A DNA stretch of 64,000 nucleotides, taken from assembly GCA_030295235.1 (NCBI GenBank), contig AP026126.1:1-64000 (forward strand). Reading direction: 5' to 3'. Shown one piece after another: positions 48,159-64,000 of the stretch. Each line of letters starts with the position of its first letter. Within the stretch, counting starts at the first letter, position 1. Under the pieces are notes generated by a model, which saw only the letters and a program-made list of their open reading frames with translations, ran no database searches and had not been told where the DNA came from. This DNA comes from Fistulifera solaris (taxonomy: Eukaryota). The translations under genes and the position numbers were made by a program.

Positions 48159-50379
48159 ATGTCTTCGACGCGACGTAAAACTCATCATTCCCAGGAATCA
48201 ACACTACCGCAACCTGTGCGACGACGACGACGACACCACAAAGAAAATCATCAATCGCATGATTTAACGGAAGCTTCGGGACTCATGTCGGGTGCGTCTT
48301 CTTTTACAACAAATAATGAAGAAAAAGCGCCCCGTCGTCGAGGACTTCGACCGCAACCATCGACAACTTCGGGTATGACATTTGCCATGGTGTCGAGTCA
48401 AGACGAAGGAGATTCGTCGTCATCATCATCATCATCACCATCTTCTTCTTCTTGTTCTTCGGAGGCACTGCACGATACATTAACGTCATTGACTCTGTCA
48501 CAAGCGCTTTTGCAAGAACAACACGTCAGTACGTTTGAAATTGATCCTCCGCGTCCCATGGCGCAAATTCGCAACGATCAAGCCTCCGTCGATGATTCTT
48601 TACCTGGAAAAACCATGGAACAAAAGGCGTGGGCGGGGGTGGAAGCCGTGTTACGGCAAAGTTCCAACAGTGTACATCGGGAGGATGTCTTGTCGCCAGA
48701 CGTCTTACGGGCTTTGGAAGAAGATTCGCATGCCACCTTTCACTCACGGACCGCCACGACGGTGATGACCGAACCCCGACCGAGAGAAGTCGAAGAAGAA
48801 TTATTATTATTATCCGCGTCGTCTCCGACACGAGGATTGACGGGATATTTGGGTCGACTGACGGAAGCCAGCAACAACCAAATGCCGTCATTGATGCATT
48901 CAAGTTTCTCGTCGTTGCAAACAGATTTGCAATCGGCAGTCACGAAAACGGATGCCAGTAACGATCAAGAACAGATTATGCAAGAATTCATGGATACGGT
49001 GGTGGCCTTGCAGGATGCTGGGAATGTCATGGATTTGTTTGAATGGACTTTAGCGCAAGCCGAAAAGAGGCCGAAACCAAGGATCCACCCGGAGAGGCGA
49101 AAGAAATGAATGAATCGCTTGTCTACAATCATTCATCGCAAATGGATTTCGTCGAAAAGGCCCACTTGTCCGGAGAGGATTTGCAAAGCGTAGAAATGCA
49201 AAAAACAGTAAACGGGGCTCCTAACAGCAAGGCTGCTTTGAAAGCCGTCCGCGAAAGCAATTCTCGAGCTCAACAAATGATATCACCAAGACAGCAGCGA
49301 AAGTTAAAAAAGCCGTTGTCTTCCTCGTTGACGCAGTCCAAAAATGGCAATCCTCCGGCTAGTACTCGGAGAACCCGTAGTTCATCACCGACAAAATCAC
49401 GCGGACGTTCGCCTACGAAAATTCCCGAAAAGATTCAAGACAAGCGTAACGAAAGTGCACTGAAACGAAGAACAAAAAGGGATGTCAAGAATGCGAGCAA
49501 ACATTGGGGTGATTATTCGCAGGAAACCTTGCCCATCGACTTTGATGCTAGTCTTCCGAGTGGTGATCCGCAAAACATAGTGACACGACAGAGTGCGAAT
49601 CCTTCCTTGCCGAAGAATGGCCCCCATGATCGACCGCAGTTTACGCCACTTGATGAGGAAAATCCATTCTTTTCGCCTCCGCAATTCAAAAATCCGAGTT
49701 CTGTAGCAACTCCCAAGAACCGGTTTCATTGGCCAGCTCTACTGATCGTTTCACCAAATGAGGATAAACTAAATAACTCTCTGCCGAGTCTTGTTACCAT
49801 GAACGAAACAGAACTGTCGCAAGTGGAAGAAGCGCAAGCTAGGATGTGGGCATCGTTTGGTGATTTAGGACTCGATGAAATGTTTCGAGACGAGGATGTT
49901 GCCAGACTATCGAGTCCAACCGCACTTCCGAAACGGAGAGTCGGACGTCGACGGAGTCGCTTTCACCGAGCAAATCAAACCAAACCCATCCCGAAAAAGA
50001 AAGTGCCGACTCGTCCCGTAGAAGAAGCACCAGCGCCTATCGAGGAAGAGAACGGAGTCGAAACCTTGTGAACTATTTTCGATCAGAGGAAGAGATGTCT
50101 CCGTTGCCGAGTTCTGGTCCCGTGCAGCATTCCAGTAGTCTTTTTCCGCGCTTTCTTCTTGGTCCAAGAAAAGATCGGAAGAAAACCATAGAGTCGATAG
50201 AAAAAAGTGGACCGTTGTCCAAGCTTAAGAAGGGCATGGGATCTTTGTTATGTCGCAATAAGAGGGGCTTTTCCACTCCAAATGCGGCACGAATTGATAC
50301 CGGGCACAGGGATGCGCAGTTTTATCCGGATATGGATGATGATAAAGACGAAAGCGGATACGGAAACTTGCTTGACTGA
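48159..50379 (+). CDS. Hypothetical S/R-rich disordered protein, probably one ~740-aa gene
   Basis: ORFs 48159-49109, 49043-50071 and 50068-50379 each join by restoring one A in A-runs (~49067, ~50062). Confidence 0.5.
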
Positions 50380-50413
50380 TGTTCCTTTCCAGATGTAAAG
50401 AAAAGCATTATTA

Positions 50414-52418
50414 TTAAGTGTAAGGTTGCCAAGGGGAATTCGTTACGAATACCGCAGGCTTCGTTGTGGTTTGTGGAGTAGAGCGAACGTCGTTGGATTT
50501 CATCGGAATGCCGCTACTTGAACTTTCTTGGTCGCTATTATAGCCTTTCTTTACACCTGGTGGATCTTTCGCCCCTCGCGACTTTTTTCCCAAGGCAATT
50601 GCTGACGTGTTCGGCTGGCGAGCATTGGTCGTGCATACCTCGAAGGCTTGAGTAAGCATCTGTGGTGACATTTCTTGTGGGCGGATCTCGTCTGCTTTCT
50701 TTCATTTTTTTCTTGGGCTTTTTGCAATCACCTCCACTTGATGGTCGTGTTTCCAACTGGGACATGTCTGTGCTATTTTTATGCTGGTCACGGCCTCGAC
50801 CTTTACGGCCTTGACGGCTGTTTTTCGAGCAAGTACTCGATCGGGAAATTGTGGAACTTCGCGAGACAACAATTTTATCATCTTCTTGACTTTGATGCTG
50901 ATTATAAGAGTGGACACTCGCTGTGTCGTCGCCATTTATATTTACGGATTGTGAAGTTTGCGAGCGAGCCAATGCCGCGCTTTTTTCATCAGGACTGCCA
51001 TGACGGTATATCGTCTGCATACGTCTTGAGTCATCAGCGTGCTGCTTAGGGGCTATTCGTGCAGTTCCGGAACGACAAGAGTTCACCCTGTTAGCATATG
51101 TACAGGTGAAACTCTTGCTTGAGTAATCACTTGCGGGGTCGTTGTCTTCATTATGAACTTTTCGCGGAGTTAAAGAACGCTTCGAAGCTAAACTGGCTTT
51201 TGATTGAACGCTTCTTGTGTCCCTGTCTTGCTGTCTAGATGCCGGTCTTGAAGTTGACGAACGTCGGGAGTCGATGCTGTCGTCGTCTCGACTTTGACGA
51301 CGACTTTTTGGCGAGATGCTGGTTAATTTAACATGTTGGCCGCGGACCTGTAGCGGAGTTCGAGAACATTTGCAGTCCAGGCTTTCGCTATCATGACTGC
51401 AGCGACGAGGTTTTGATCGAACTTCTGCTAAGTGATCGTCATGGTGCTTACTTTGAACGGAACTGTTGCGACTATTTCCGGATTCAGCAGTCTTTGTGTT
51501 CTCAGCTCGGTTATTGCTTTCCGCTAAACTCAATGAAATCTGGAGAGGATGCTTCCCAGTGGTACAATTCCTATTGCCTTCGCTCGTATCAAGAAAGTCA
51601 TAACCAATGCCCTCGGATCGCAAAATCGTTCTTGCAGTCTTGTCGCCTTTTGCTAGGTTTTCATTCAATGTCTTCCGCAATCCGAGAGGGGTTGTTTTCG
51701 GGAGCTTATTCGAAATGTATTCTTCGTCGGGAAACGGACAGAGCTCCTTTTCCGTAAGACTCTTGCTTTATTGTTATACTCCAAAATAAGTTTCGCATCT
51801 TTTGGAATCGGGCGGTGGCGTCGGGTCTCATATATCTGAGCAGATATTGGTTCATGTTTCCTCACCACGATAACTTGGTCCAGTAAATCGGTGTCACTGG
51901 ATAGTTGTAAATGAGCATTTCGTCGGCTAAAAGTGATTGGAAAATGTGACTTGACTTTCAATCCAGCATGCCTAACTCTACTCGCTAAACTCAAAACGAA
52001 GCCACCTGCTACAGTTCTTGATTCACCATTGAGTTCCTTCCGCGAATGCCCTTTGCGGTTGCCAATTCGCCGGGCTCCTTTTGTTACCGTGTTAAGTAGC
52101 TTATCGTTCTTCAAGGACCGCTCCTCGCAAGCTTTTTTGTGCATACCTGCTCGGGGCGGCGGGTTTCTTGATACCGCCTTGGTCCAACCCCAGGTTTACT
52201 TGGTCGCACATTGATTGTCGAATGGAAAGTTTGGGAGCATATTTCCAGCGAATAGTAACCATTCCCGAAGTGTCGCTGTGATATTTCCCGGACGAGGCAT
52301 CGCCCTTCTCATCGGAGCTAGTCTCAGCTCGATATGGCTTGGGCTTCATGTTCAATGTTATAATATTTTGTAAACCTTTCAAGCCATGCTCGTATTGCCT
52401 TGTAAAAATGTCGTTCAT
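50414..52418 (-). CDS. Hypothetical S/R/K-rich low-complexity protein
   Basis: Four overlapping same-strand ORFs with similar composition. No domain recognised. Confidence 0.45.
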
Positions 52419-52905
52419 TTTTTCTGGAATTTTTCACCATCACCTTCAATTCTCCTCGTGCTATAAATGTAAGCAAGACTGGAGCGCAAATTTTTACTTA
52501 GGCCTTTGATAGTCGGAGCGCGACTCGAGAATTTTCCGCTTTATAGCGCCGATCTCCAACTCCGATGATCTTCGGATGATCGGACGCCCTCCTAGCCTCC
52601 TAGTCCTAGATCCAATCCAATTTTCATTCATACCTGGTACCGGTAGCTTTCATTACATTTGCTGACTGGCACCATGAACCATGAACCATGACGGATTCTG
52701 GAATTCAAGTACACGCTGTCAGTTGTGGACTTGTGCTCCTGGTAACGATTGCGAGGATCTGGATGATTGTATAAGAACGAAAATTAGCTATAAAACACGA
52801 AAACCTAATTTTGAATCAAATCGTCCAATACCCCATTAAGCATGAAACAAGGAGGGTTTACAGTCCGTGACCCAATAGAGATGGTATATCACTTGGTGCA
52901 AAAGG

Positions 52906-55506
52906 CTAGGTTGCTTCAACTAGGCGGCATAAACAATGTAACCCTTGGACGTCAACATCACCTGCCAGGAGAGACACGCCTTTTACGACGAGTGCCAACT
53001 GACTTAGAGCGACCTCTATATTCTCGAGCTAGAGGTTCCTCATCCGCTGGTTTTTTCTTCTTTCTCATAATCCACTGCTATACCCGGAGGGTCACTTCTT
53101 CTTATAGATCTTCCTCGACGACGAGTTCTGTGCGTCGAGTTGTCGTCCAAGTCCCCTTGACGACGGCGGCTGACACTCCTCGCGGATCTCGTTCGTGAAG
53201 ATGCTACTGTCCCACTGTCATCAACACGACGGCGAGAGCGACTGCGATGCTGTGACAAACTGGGTCGATCGTCGCTTCTTCCTCGGCTTTGACTCCGAGT
53301 AGCAACGCTCTTTTCATCGGTTCCTCTTTGGCGGGGACAGGGATGACCTCTCTCTTCTTCTGCTCTACGACTTGATTCATTTCTCCTTGGTGGCGAACTA
53401 CTTGTCTCTCCTTCGCGTCGGCGGCGACTTGATTGTGATTGCCCTTCTGGTGAAGATCCTACATTCTTCTTTTCACCGTTTCTGTCTCGACTCGGATGTT
53501 GGCCCACTGAGCTGTCCTCTCGCTCGCGACGGGCTGATCGCGAATGAGTTTTATCATGATTGCTTTTTGATCGATGTCTTGGTCTGTCGGCGTCGCCATT
53601 TCGTCGAGAATCATCCACTCTAGGGGTGCTTTCCGTGCTCGTTCGATGGCGACTTGAAGAGCGCTTTCGCGAGCTACTATCGCATGAGTCGGATCTCTGT
53701 CGATGAGCGGTACTTCGTCGAACACGAAGATGAAGATCGTCCCTTTGCTGTCAATCTCTTTGTGACGTCCACTGCTTGGCTGATTAAGCTGTGCCATATC
53801 GGTAACGATGGGTTCTACGTTGCACTCGTCTGCTGGCGGATCGTTGCCGTTGTTTTTTCCTTTAAAATTGACCACATACGATGCCGCATAAGCAGGAGCC
53901 ATCACAGTGGCTCTTGCCGTCTTTGTAGCCGTAACTGTTGCTTTACTGGCAAGCATGACGCCAACCCTAGCGGTTTCCTTTGCCCTCGACGCCCCCACCT
54001 TTGCAGTCTCCTTCGCTTTATCGGCGAGCTTACGAAATGATCTGGAAAAGTAGCTTGCTTGTGAGTGGCAACTGCTTGCAAGTAAATCATCTTTCGATCT
54101 GTCTTGCCGATTGCTAGGTTTATGAAGAGGTCCTCGTAAGTCCTGAAATCCGACTTCATTCTTTAAGGACTGTCGTATTGAATCAATCAGTTCATCTCTA
54201 CGATGCACAGCCATCTTTGAAGCTTCTTTGGGTTTCGATGAATCAGATTTATCCCACAAATTCGATATACGCTCGGTATCATCTAATCCGGAATCGGAAG
54301 GGCCCTCATCATCTACGGTAGGGAGATCTTCGTTTCTCGCGCTTTCACAATTGGCGATTCCCGTAGCCGGGTGTGATTTGCTTGACGTGAGCTTTCGCTT
54401 GTCACCGGCAAAAAAGCTTGAAATAGTAGCCGTCTTGACGAATTTGGAGCGCAACGACTCTCCATGATTGGATGTCGACTTGATCTCCCGAGGAGGTCGT
54501 GCGGTAGATGATTTCCTCGGATTAGATGCTTCATTAAAACCACCATGAAAAGAATTCCATCGTTTGTTCACTTGAGCAATCGTTCTCGTTCCGCTTTCTT
54601 GGACAGGGCTCACTTCTTGAGTTTTTTCTAGACTATCTGATGACGCTTTCGGAGGAGATTGTTGATTTTCACCGGAAGAGACCATTGTTTCTGCTGGTGC
54701 AACATTCGAACTGGAAATGTTGGTACTCGTCAAAGAACTATCAAACACATCGCATAAATCCAGAGAGGCTTGATTTTTCAACTGAAAATGATCTGGAAAC
54801 TCTTGTTCTGGGTCTTTTGTATCAGGATGGGTCCCTTCTGTTTCCTTTTTGGGTGGCTTCTTCACCGTGCCCCTTACTAATCGGCTGTCGGATTTTCCTT
54901 GACGTAAGTTAGAGCGCTTCTGGCCATTGACCCTGCGTTGCGGCCTCTCGCTTGGTTCTCTTCTACTTTCACGTTTCAAGAGACACCCAACTTCTTTGAG
55001 GCCCTTTTGAATACTTTCAATGGGCTGATGAAGTGTGTCAGATTGTATTTCTAACAAACCGACTTGCTGCTGACCGCATTCCACGTTCTTGGGTTCCTCC
55101 TCTTTTCATTACCCCACTCGTCACTGTGGTCTAGTTCATCGCATTTGGAAGCAGTTTCATCGAAGAGTGCCGACAGAAAGGAATGCAGCGAATCATTCGG
55201 AAGAGAACTCCCCGCATCGGAGCCTTCGTTGGGATTTTCATGTACAACAACATTTAGTAAATTGCGTCTCGGAGAGTGTTCTCCTTCCACGTCTTCACCA
55301 AAGCTAGCTTCCGTAAGAGCTTCTGTTCGTACGGACGATTCCACAGACTCCTCTTTCTTGGAACAGGGTGTTTCGGGGACCTCATGTGCTGAAACAGTCA
55401 TCTCTAAAGTGTTATTTGTTGTTTTATAGAAGCTGACGCTTTCAATCTCTACCACATTCGCGAGGACAGTTTCGACGGGTCTGTCACTACAGGTTAGATC
55501 TCCCAT
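52906..55506 (-). CDS. Hypothetical S/R-rich disordered protein
   Basis: Overlapping same-strand ORFs 55051-55506, 53459-55084 and 53040-53618. The 3' end is approximate. Confidence 0.5.
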
Positions 55507-57088
55507 ATTCCTTCAATTGAAAGCAAACGCTAGATTCATCAAAACGAAAAGGAAAGGAAGGCTTTCAATACAAGAACGGAGAAATGCAACCAACACAGCC
55601 GACTGTTTGCTGTTTTGCCTTGCGCCTTCGCGCCTTCGGTCGCCCTCCGAAATCAATGACCCCAACACACTTTCATTGCCTACATTCTAGTATGGTGTTC
55701 GTTGTTCTTGTACTTTTCCCACTGAACACTGAACATGCATCACTGTACCAGATTATTTACTCGATAAAAAGGGAAAGGATGGGATAATCTATTGGGCATT
55801 CTGTATTGAGCGGAGTAACATCATTTAAATAAGGGAGTGTCTGAGTCGTGAAAGCACAAATTTCTTGCTGTCATCCACCTTTCTCATTTCACAGATTTCT
55901 TATTGTCAAATTCACAATAAACTATGAAGTGGCTGTTCTTTCTTCTTGGTGTTTTTCAGTACTATCTATTGTAGTTTTTCGTCCATAGTCAATAGTCATT
56001 AGCCTTTTCTCGGTGCATAACTCGCGTGAGGTTCAGGATTAGTGACTAAAAATTCTGGTTTGACCAAGACCAGTCATTGGTCATTGGTCATTGGTCATCC
56101 TGTGACGTAAGACCCCTAATTATTAACCTCGGCTATTGGGCGACCGGCGACCGGCTACTGGTATAGACTATAGAGGGTACGCGCCACTCACCACTCACTA
56201 CACACCACACACCACTCACTTTCTATTTTTTTTGTAGAATTTTTGCATGATGAAATGTCTATTTACCCAAGTCGAAATTATTCCCGGTTCTTTCATTCAA
56301 AAGACAATATCGAAACGAGCTCGGGGATTCAGGGAGATGGCGATACAGGGTATCAGTATATTATTTGCTCCATACGCTATCTAGACTCACTTCTCTTCAA
56401 CTCAGCAAATTTCCCAAGAAGATAGAAACTGTAATCAAGGCTATAAATTCGTATTTTTTTTATGTTGCACATTTCATTCGCGTTTTGTAGTGTTGCTCTC
56501 TCTCTGCTTTCTTCACTGTGATCAGCTCCTTTTTACAAGTATGAAAAGAAAAGGAACATAGATTGGGCTTGGAACGGAGTTGTTCGTCTCACATTGACCC
56601 AAACCATATATCGAACAAAGAAATAAAGCTTTTTCTTGGACAAAAGCGCCAACGGCATTGCTGTAATTGTAGACTAAGTTGTCAACATGAAATTGTTTAA
56701 ATGAAAAGAAGTCATAGACAATGAGTTATAGTCTGCAGGCCGAAGACACCACAAGTAAACACGGCTGAACCAAGAGGTGTTTGGCACTAGTTCGGGACTG
56801 TCAGTCACGCATTGGAGGTCATGGTACAGGGCGGGGCACGTCACAAAATCGAGAACCTCTCGAACTCGAATTATTTTTTTGAAAACGCGAACCCTGCTCC
56901 GAACGAAGTCGATAAACAATCTCGTAGAAAGCCGAACGAAAAAAAAAGCATATTGCAAAGAATCTCAGGCCATTCGGATTCGGAGCAGCATCATTCCAAA
57001 ACAGAAATCAGTCGCAAACATCAAAAACAGCAGCAGCAACAAAAACAACAGCAACTTCAAAAGACACATTTAAAAAAACGCAACAACC

Positions 57089-60000
57089 ATGTCGGATTTG
57101 AGAAATGCCGATGATCCTATCTGGATCGACAAAGTGTGGCTCGACACGATCGTCGTCGCCGGCTTGACGTGCTTCATTCTTTGTCTCATGGGTCTCTCAC
57201 AGGTGCGTTGTTTAGTTTTCGACAAGTCGACCATCCGTCTTTTGCGTTTCTCACGACAATTTCTTAAAAAAAGGTCCCCACGGCCAAAATGGGCATACTT
57301 TACGGCATTGCCGGAATGATTGCTCTTATCGTAGCATATTGGGTAGACGATACCTACACATACGATGAAGGAACGTGGTTGATTGCGGCCAGCATGGCGC
57401 CTGGAGCAGTAGCCGGTCTCATCAGTGCGGTGGTCGTAGAAATGACGGCTTTGCCGGAAATGGTGGGAGCCTACAATGGATTTGGTGGCTTGGCTGCCGC
57501 CGTAGCGGGGTACGGTTTGTATTTGGATCCAGGTGCAACATTTTTAGTGCGAGACGGAATACAAGTGGTCGAGCAAACAGACGAAATGTTGATTGTTCAA
57601 GCCATTGCTTTGTGGCTCAGCATTGTGATCGGTTTGATGACATTCACCGGGAGTATGGTGGCGACACTCAAACTGCATGGAACAATTGCTAGCAAGTCGG
57701 TCATGATTCCAGCGCGTGGACTCTACACGGCGGTCATCTTTGCTGTCATGGTTGTCTTCGGCGTACTGGCCTTTGCCGGGGACCAAACATGGAATGATCG
57801 TCAAGCCGGTATTGCCTACTTGGCTATTGTTGGAGCGGCAGCCGGCTTGTACGGATACACGGCTGTAATGGCGATAGGTGGTGGTGACATGCCAGTTAGT
57901 ATCAGCTTCCTCAATTCTTTGTCAGGATTTAGTACAACTGCTACTGGTTTCATGCTTTTCAATAAAGCACTTGTCGTTGCCGGAGCATTTGTGGGGTGCA
58001 GCGGAATCATCTTGACGATCATCATGTGCAAAGCCATGAATCGCAATGTCACCAATGTACTGCTCGGAGGCTTCGGTGAAGGGTCTTCCACGGAGCAAAA
58101 AGGAGCAAAGTCAAAAGATGACAAGGAGGGCGATGTAACGATGGTAGAAGCAAGCGAAGTGTTGGAAACGTTAACTTCGGCCAAGTCAGTTATTATTGTT
58201 CCAGGGTATGGCATGGTACGTTTCGATTTCGTGGCATACAGTGTCATGCAAATTTGTTATGTGCCTCTAACACAGCTGCACGAATTACTCCATTTAGGCG
58301 GTGGCCAAAGCACAGCATGCCATTGCCGAGTTGACAACTCGTCTTCGTCGTTTGGGCATTATGGTTCGTTTCGCCATTCATCCCGTAGCTGGGCGAATGC
58401 CAGGACATATGAACGTGTTGTTGGCCGAAGCACATGTTCCGTATGACATTACGGTCTCCATGGACCAAATTAATCAAGATTTCCCTTCGACGGATGTCGT
58501 GCTCATCCTTGGTGGCAACGATATTGTCAATCCAGCGGCACAAACGGATCCCGACAGTCCTATTGCGGGGATGCCTGTATTGGAAGTGTGGAAAGCCAAA
58601 ACAACGATTGTCATGAAACGAAGTCTTCGTGTCGGATACGCTGGTATTGAGAATCCATTGTTTTTGAAGCCCAACAATCGCATGTACCTCGGCGACGCCA
58701 AAGAAAGCACCGAAAAGCTGGTCGCGTTGGTCGGTAACGTGAACAAAGATGCTGTGAGTGACACTGACGGCACCCATCTGGATGATGAAGAGACGGCGGT
58801 TCCAACGTTATCCAAACAAGAAAAGGAGATGCTGCAATTTGCGGAAGATCTACCAAAGTTACGAGAAGCTGTCTTTCTCAGAGTTGGTGTCATTCGCGAA
58901 GTGGATCCAGATGAAGAAAAAGTCGCGATTGTACCCGCCGGTTGTAAAGACCTTATGAAACAAGGTATCCAAGTGTACGTGGAAAGCGGAGCCGGAGAAA
59001 AGGGACAATTCTTTGATTCCATGTACGAAGCAAACGGCGCGATTGTGCTTTCCTCCGCTCAACAAGTTCTGGATACGGCCGACATTTTGGTCAAGATTGG
59101 TGCCCCCACATTTCATCCAGACCTAAACCAACACGAAATCGACAGAATGTCAAACAAAACGTTAATCAGTTTCCTAGGACCCCGCACAGAACAAGGGAAA
59201 ACACTCATGACACGTGCCGTCGAGCACAAGGTCAATTTGTTGGCCGTTGATGCCATTCCCCGCATATCGCGAGCCCAAAGCCTCGATGTATTGAGTTCGC
59301 AAGCCAAAGTTGCCGGTTATCGTGCCGTGATCCAAGCCGCTTATCAGTTGCAAAAATTTTGCAATGGTGAGATCACTTCCGCGGGCAGTTTCGAACCTTC
59401 CAAATTCTTAGTGGTCGGTGCCGGTGTCGCGGGGTTGGCCGCCATCAGCACGGCCTCCAATCTTGGAGCGCACGTCCGTGCCTTTGATACACGATTGGAA
59501 ACCAAAGAACAAGTCGAATCACTCGGGGGACACTTTTTAGTGTTGGATTTCGACAGCGAGTCGGGTGGTGATGCGGCGGGGTATGCCAAAGTAATGAGTG
59601 ATGCGTTTTACGAAAAGAAATGGCCTTGTTTTTGCAACAAGCCAAAGAAGTGGATGTCATTATCACAACGGCAGCTATACCCGGCCGTCCGGCACCTGTG
59701 TTGATTCAAGCCGAACACGTGAACGCTATGAAGCCTGGCGGGGTCATTGTCGATTTGGCGGGTGGTAATTGCGCCTTGACCCGTCCGAAAGAAACCTATG
59801 TACACAATGGTATCACCATCATCGGCAGCGATATGACCAATCAAGCGATGAATTGGCAAGCTTCGACCATGTACAGCAACAATATCGTGAATCTGTTGGG
59901 TATGTTGTGCAAAGATCGGCAAATGAATTGGAATGCAAACGATCCGGTGATTCGTGGTATGACGTGTGTATGGAATGGCGATATATTGTTTCCTCCTCCG

Positions 60001-60477
60001 GAAAGTATGACGGCAACAGCTGCCGCACCGCAGCAAAATAGTAGTAGTACCAAGAACATTGCAACCCCAGAGAAGAAGAAACCAAGCCAACCAACGTTTC
60101 TGGAACATCGTCTTTGGGATTTGGCGTCCGTTCGTGAATTCTTGCTCGTGGGTGTGCTCGCGATCTTCTTTGCCGTGGTAGCCGCCTTTGCTCCCGTCGT
60201 GTTTTCCCAACAACTTGGTTACTTCATCTTAGCGGCATTTTTGGGTTATTATTTGATTGAAAATGTCAATTCGGCACTATTCAGTCCATTGATGAGTACG
60301 AGCAATGCTCTTTCCGGTGTGGTCATTTTGGGCGGTTTGCTCATGGTTTCGGTAGAGATTGGTTCTCCGACGAGTTGGTTGGGATGTATTTCGACGTGTG
60401 TCGCCGCGATTAATGTATTTGGGGGATTTGCGGTTTCGTATCGCATGTTACTCATGTTCAACAAAGAGAAGCTTTGA
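57089..60477 (+). CDS. NNT: Proton-translocating NAD(P)+ transhydrogenase, single chain in beta-alpha order
   Basis: Beta dII ([19 protein letters not shown]), dIII ([30 protein letters not shown]), linker, alpha dI ([25 protein letters not shown]) and alpha TM ([19 protein letters not shown]). Introns 57203-57273 and 58216-58297. A-run deletion at ~59615. Confidence 0.95.
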
Positions 60478-61446
60478 ACGAAAAGCAAAGGAGAAGGATG
60501 ATAGCAATGTACCTCTTGCGTTATCCACTGAATTGAGCGGCAAAATGACCTCCAAAACACATAGATATAATAAACCATGTTAAAGAAGCTTTTTTATGAA
60601 AGTAGTAAAGCTATTTCATGTTGTGTAATCCTATTATCCTCTGTTGGAAAGCACATAGTGATCGCTTCAGTCGCTCTTCGATCTTGTCATCACCGCGCAT
60701 CCTTTTCTTATTATTTCGTCCAGATTTTTCATTTGCAAAACTGCACTTTCGTCATGAATCATCATGATTATCTTAAGCGAGAGACGGCAACCTAAACTTT
60801 TAAATATGGGTCCTTCCTTTTGGTGCACTTTCTTGATTTTCATCGTAAGTGTAATTGTCTCGTTTTTTGTAGTACAACAAGGCCAGAGATAATTATTTTT
60901 ATACTACTAGTAGTTTCGGAAGGCGTGCAAGATCGTGGCGACCTTTCATCAAGACTGCTTTTCAATCATGAGGAGGAGGTCATCGGGATAGTTTCGTTGT
61001 ATGGATCACGAACCGATAAAAGCTTGTTTTAGAGAAGCACAACAAAGTGGCAAAGCATGTTCTCTGGCACTCAGCTTTCGACGAAAAGGGCCTCTCCCCA
61101 TTTTTGTTGTGTACAAAGTACTCACACGGCACGCAAAATTCCGTATTTCGTATTACTGTACAATAAGTGTTCGGATCCGTCGTTTTGGTTGCCTGCCGAA
61201 CAATTGTCTTGGCTCCGTCCCTCCCCAAAAAAAACGAAGAATCATCGTCATCATCATTATTTGGGAAAGGATCGAGTATCGAGTGTCACCGATTTTTTTC
61301 GAGGATGCGAACCATGCCGACGCGAACCTTCCGAAAGGCGAGTCGAACGATTGGCTTTTTTTTCTTCTTGGGTGAGATCCTCATCCTGAGGAACACACAA
61401 AGAATGGTTTCATTCCTACAAAACAAACAAACAAAAAAACATTTAA

Positions 61447-64000
<2,554 letters not shown>

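Overview
This is gene-dense eukaryotic nuclear DNA with short GT-AG introns. Gene style and content suggest a stramenopile, probably a pennate diatom (inference, not proven). About 27 protein-coding loci are supported. I found no rRNA, tRNA, CRISPR array or clear transposon. Many genes are split in the ORF track by single-base indels in homopolymer runs, which looks like unpolished long-read assembly error rather than pseudogenisation. Recognisable genes are a W2-domain protein, HPPD-like dioxygenase, membrane RING-H2 ligase, PP1, sulfotransferase-like/class IV aminotransferase fusion, GH10 glycoside hydrolase, Leo1, PCMTD-like methyltransferase, LRR protein, SDP1/TGL-type patatin lipase, YME1/FtsH4, two head-to-head FKBP12s, TRAPPC2, an exportin-4-like protein, V-ATPase F (missed by the ORF track), queuosine salvage hydrolase, a beta-alpha fused NAD(P) transhydrogenase and the 5' part of a PFOR/PNO. 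The best candidate for an undescribed system is the adjacent, co-oriented transhydrogenase + PFOR pair, both without an obvious transit peptide, which may be an anoxia redox module. Also notable are a CaaX-tailed FKBP, tandem stand-alone PPC-domain proteins, two orphan paralog pairs and recurrent intergenic motifs.
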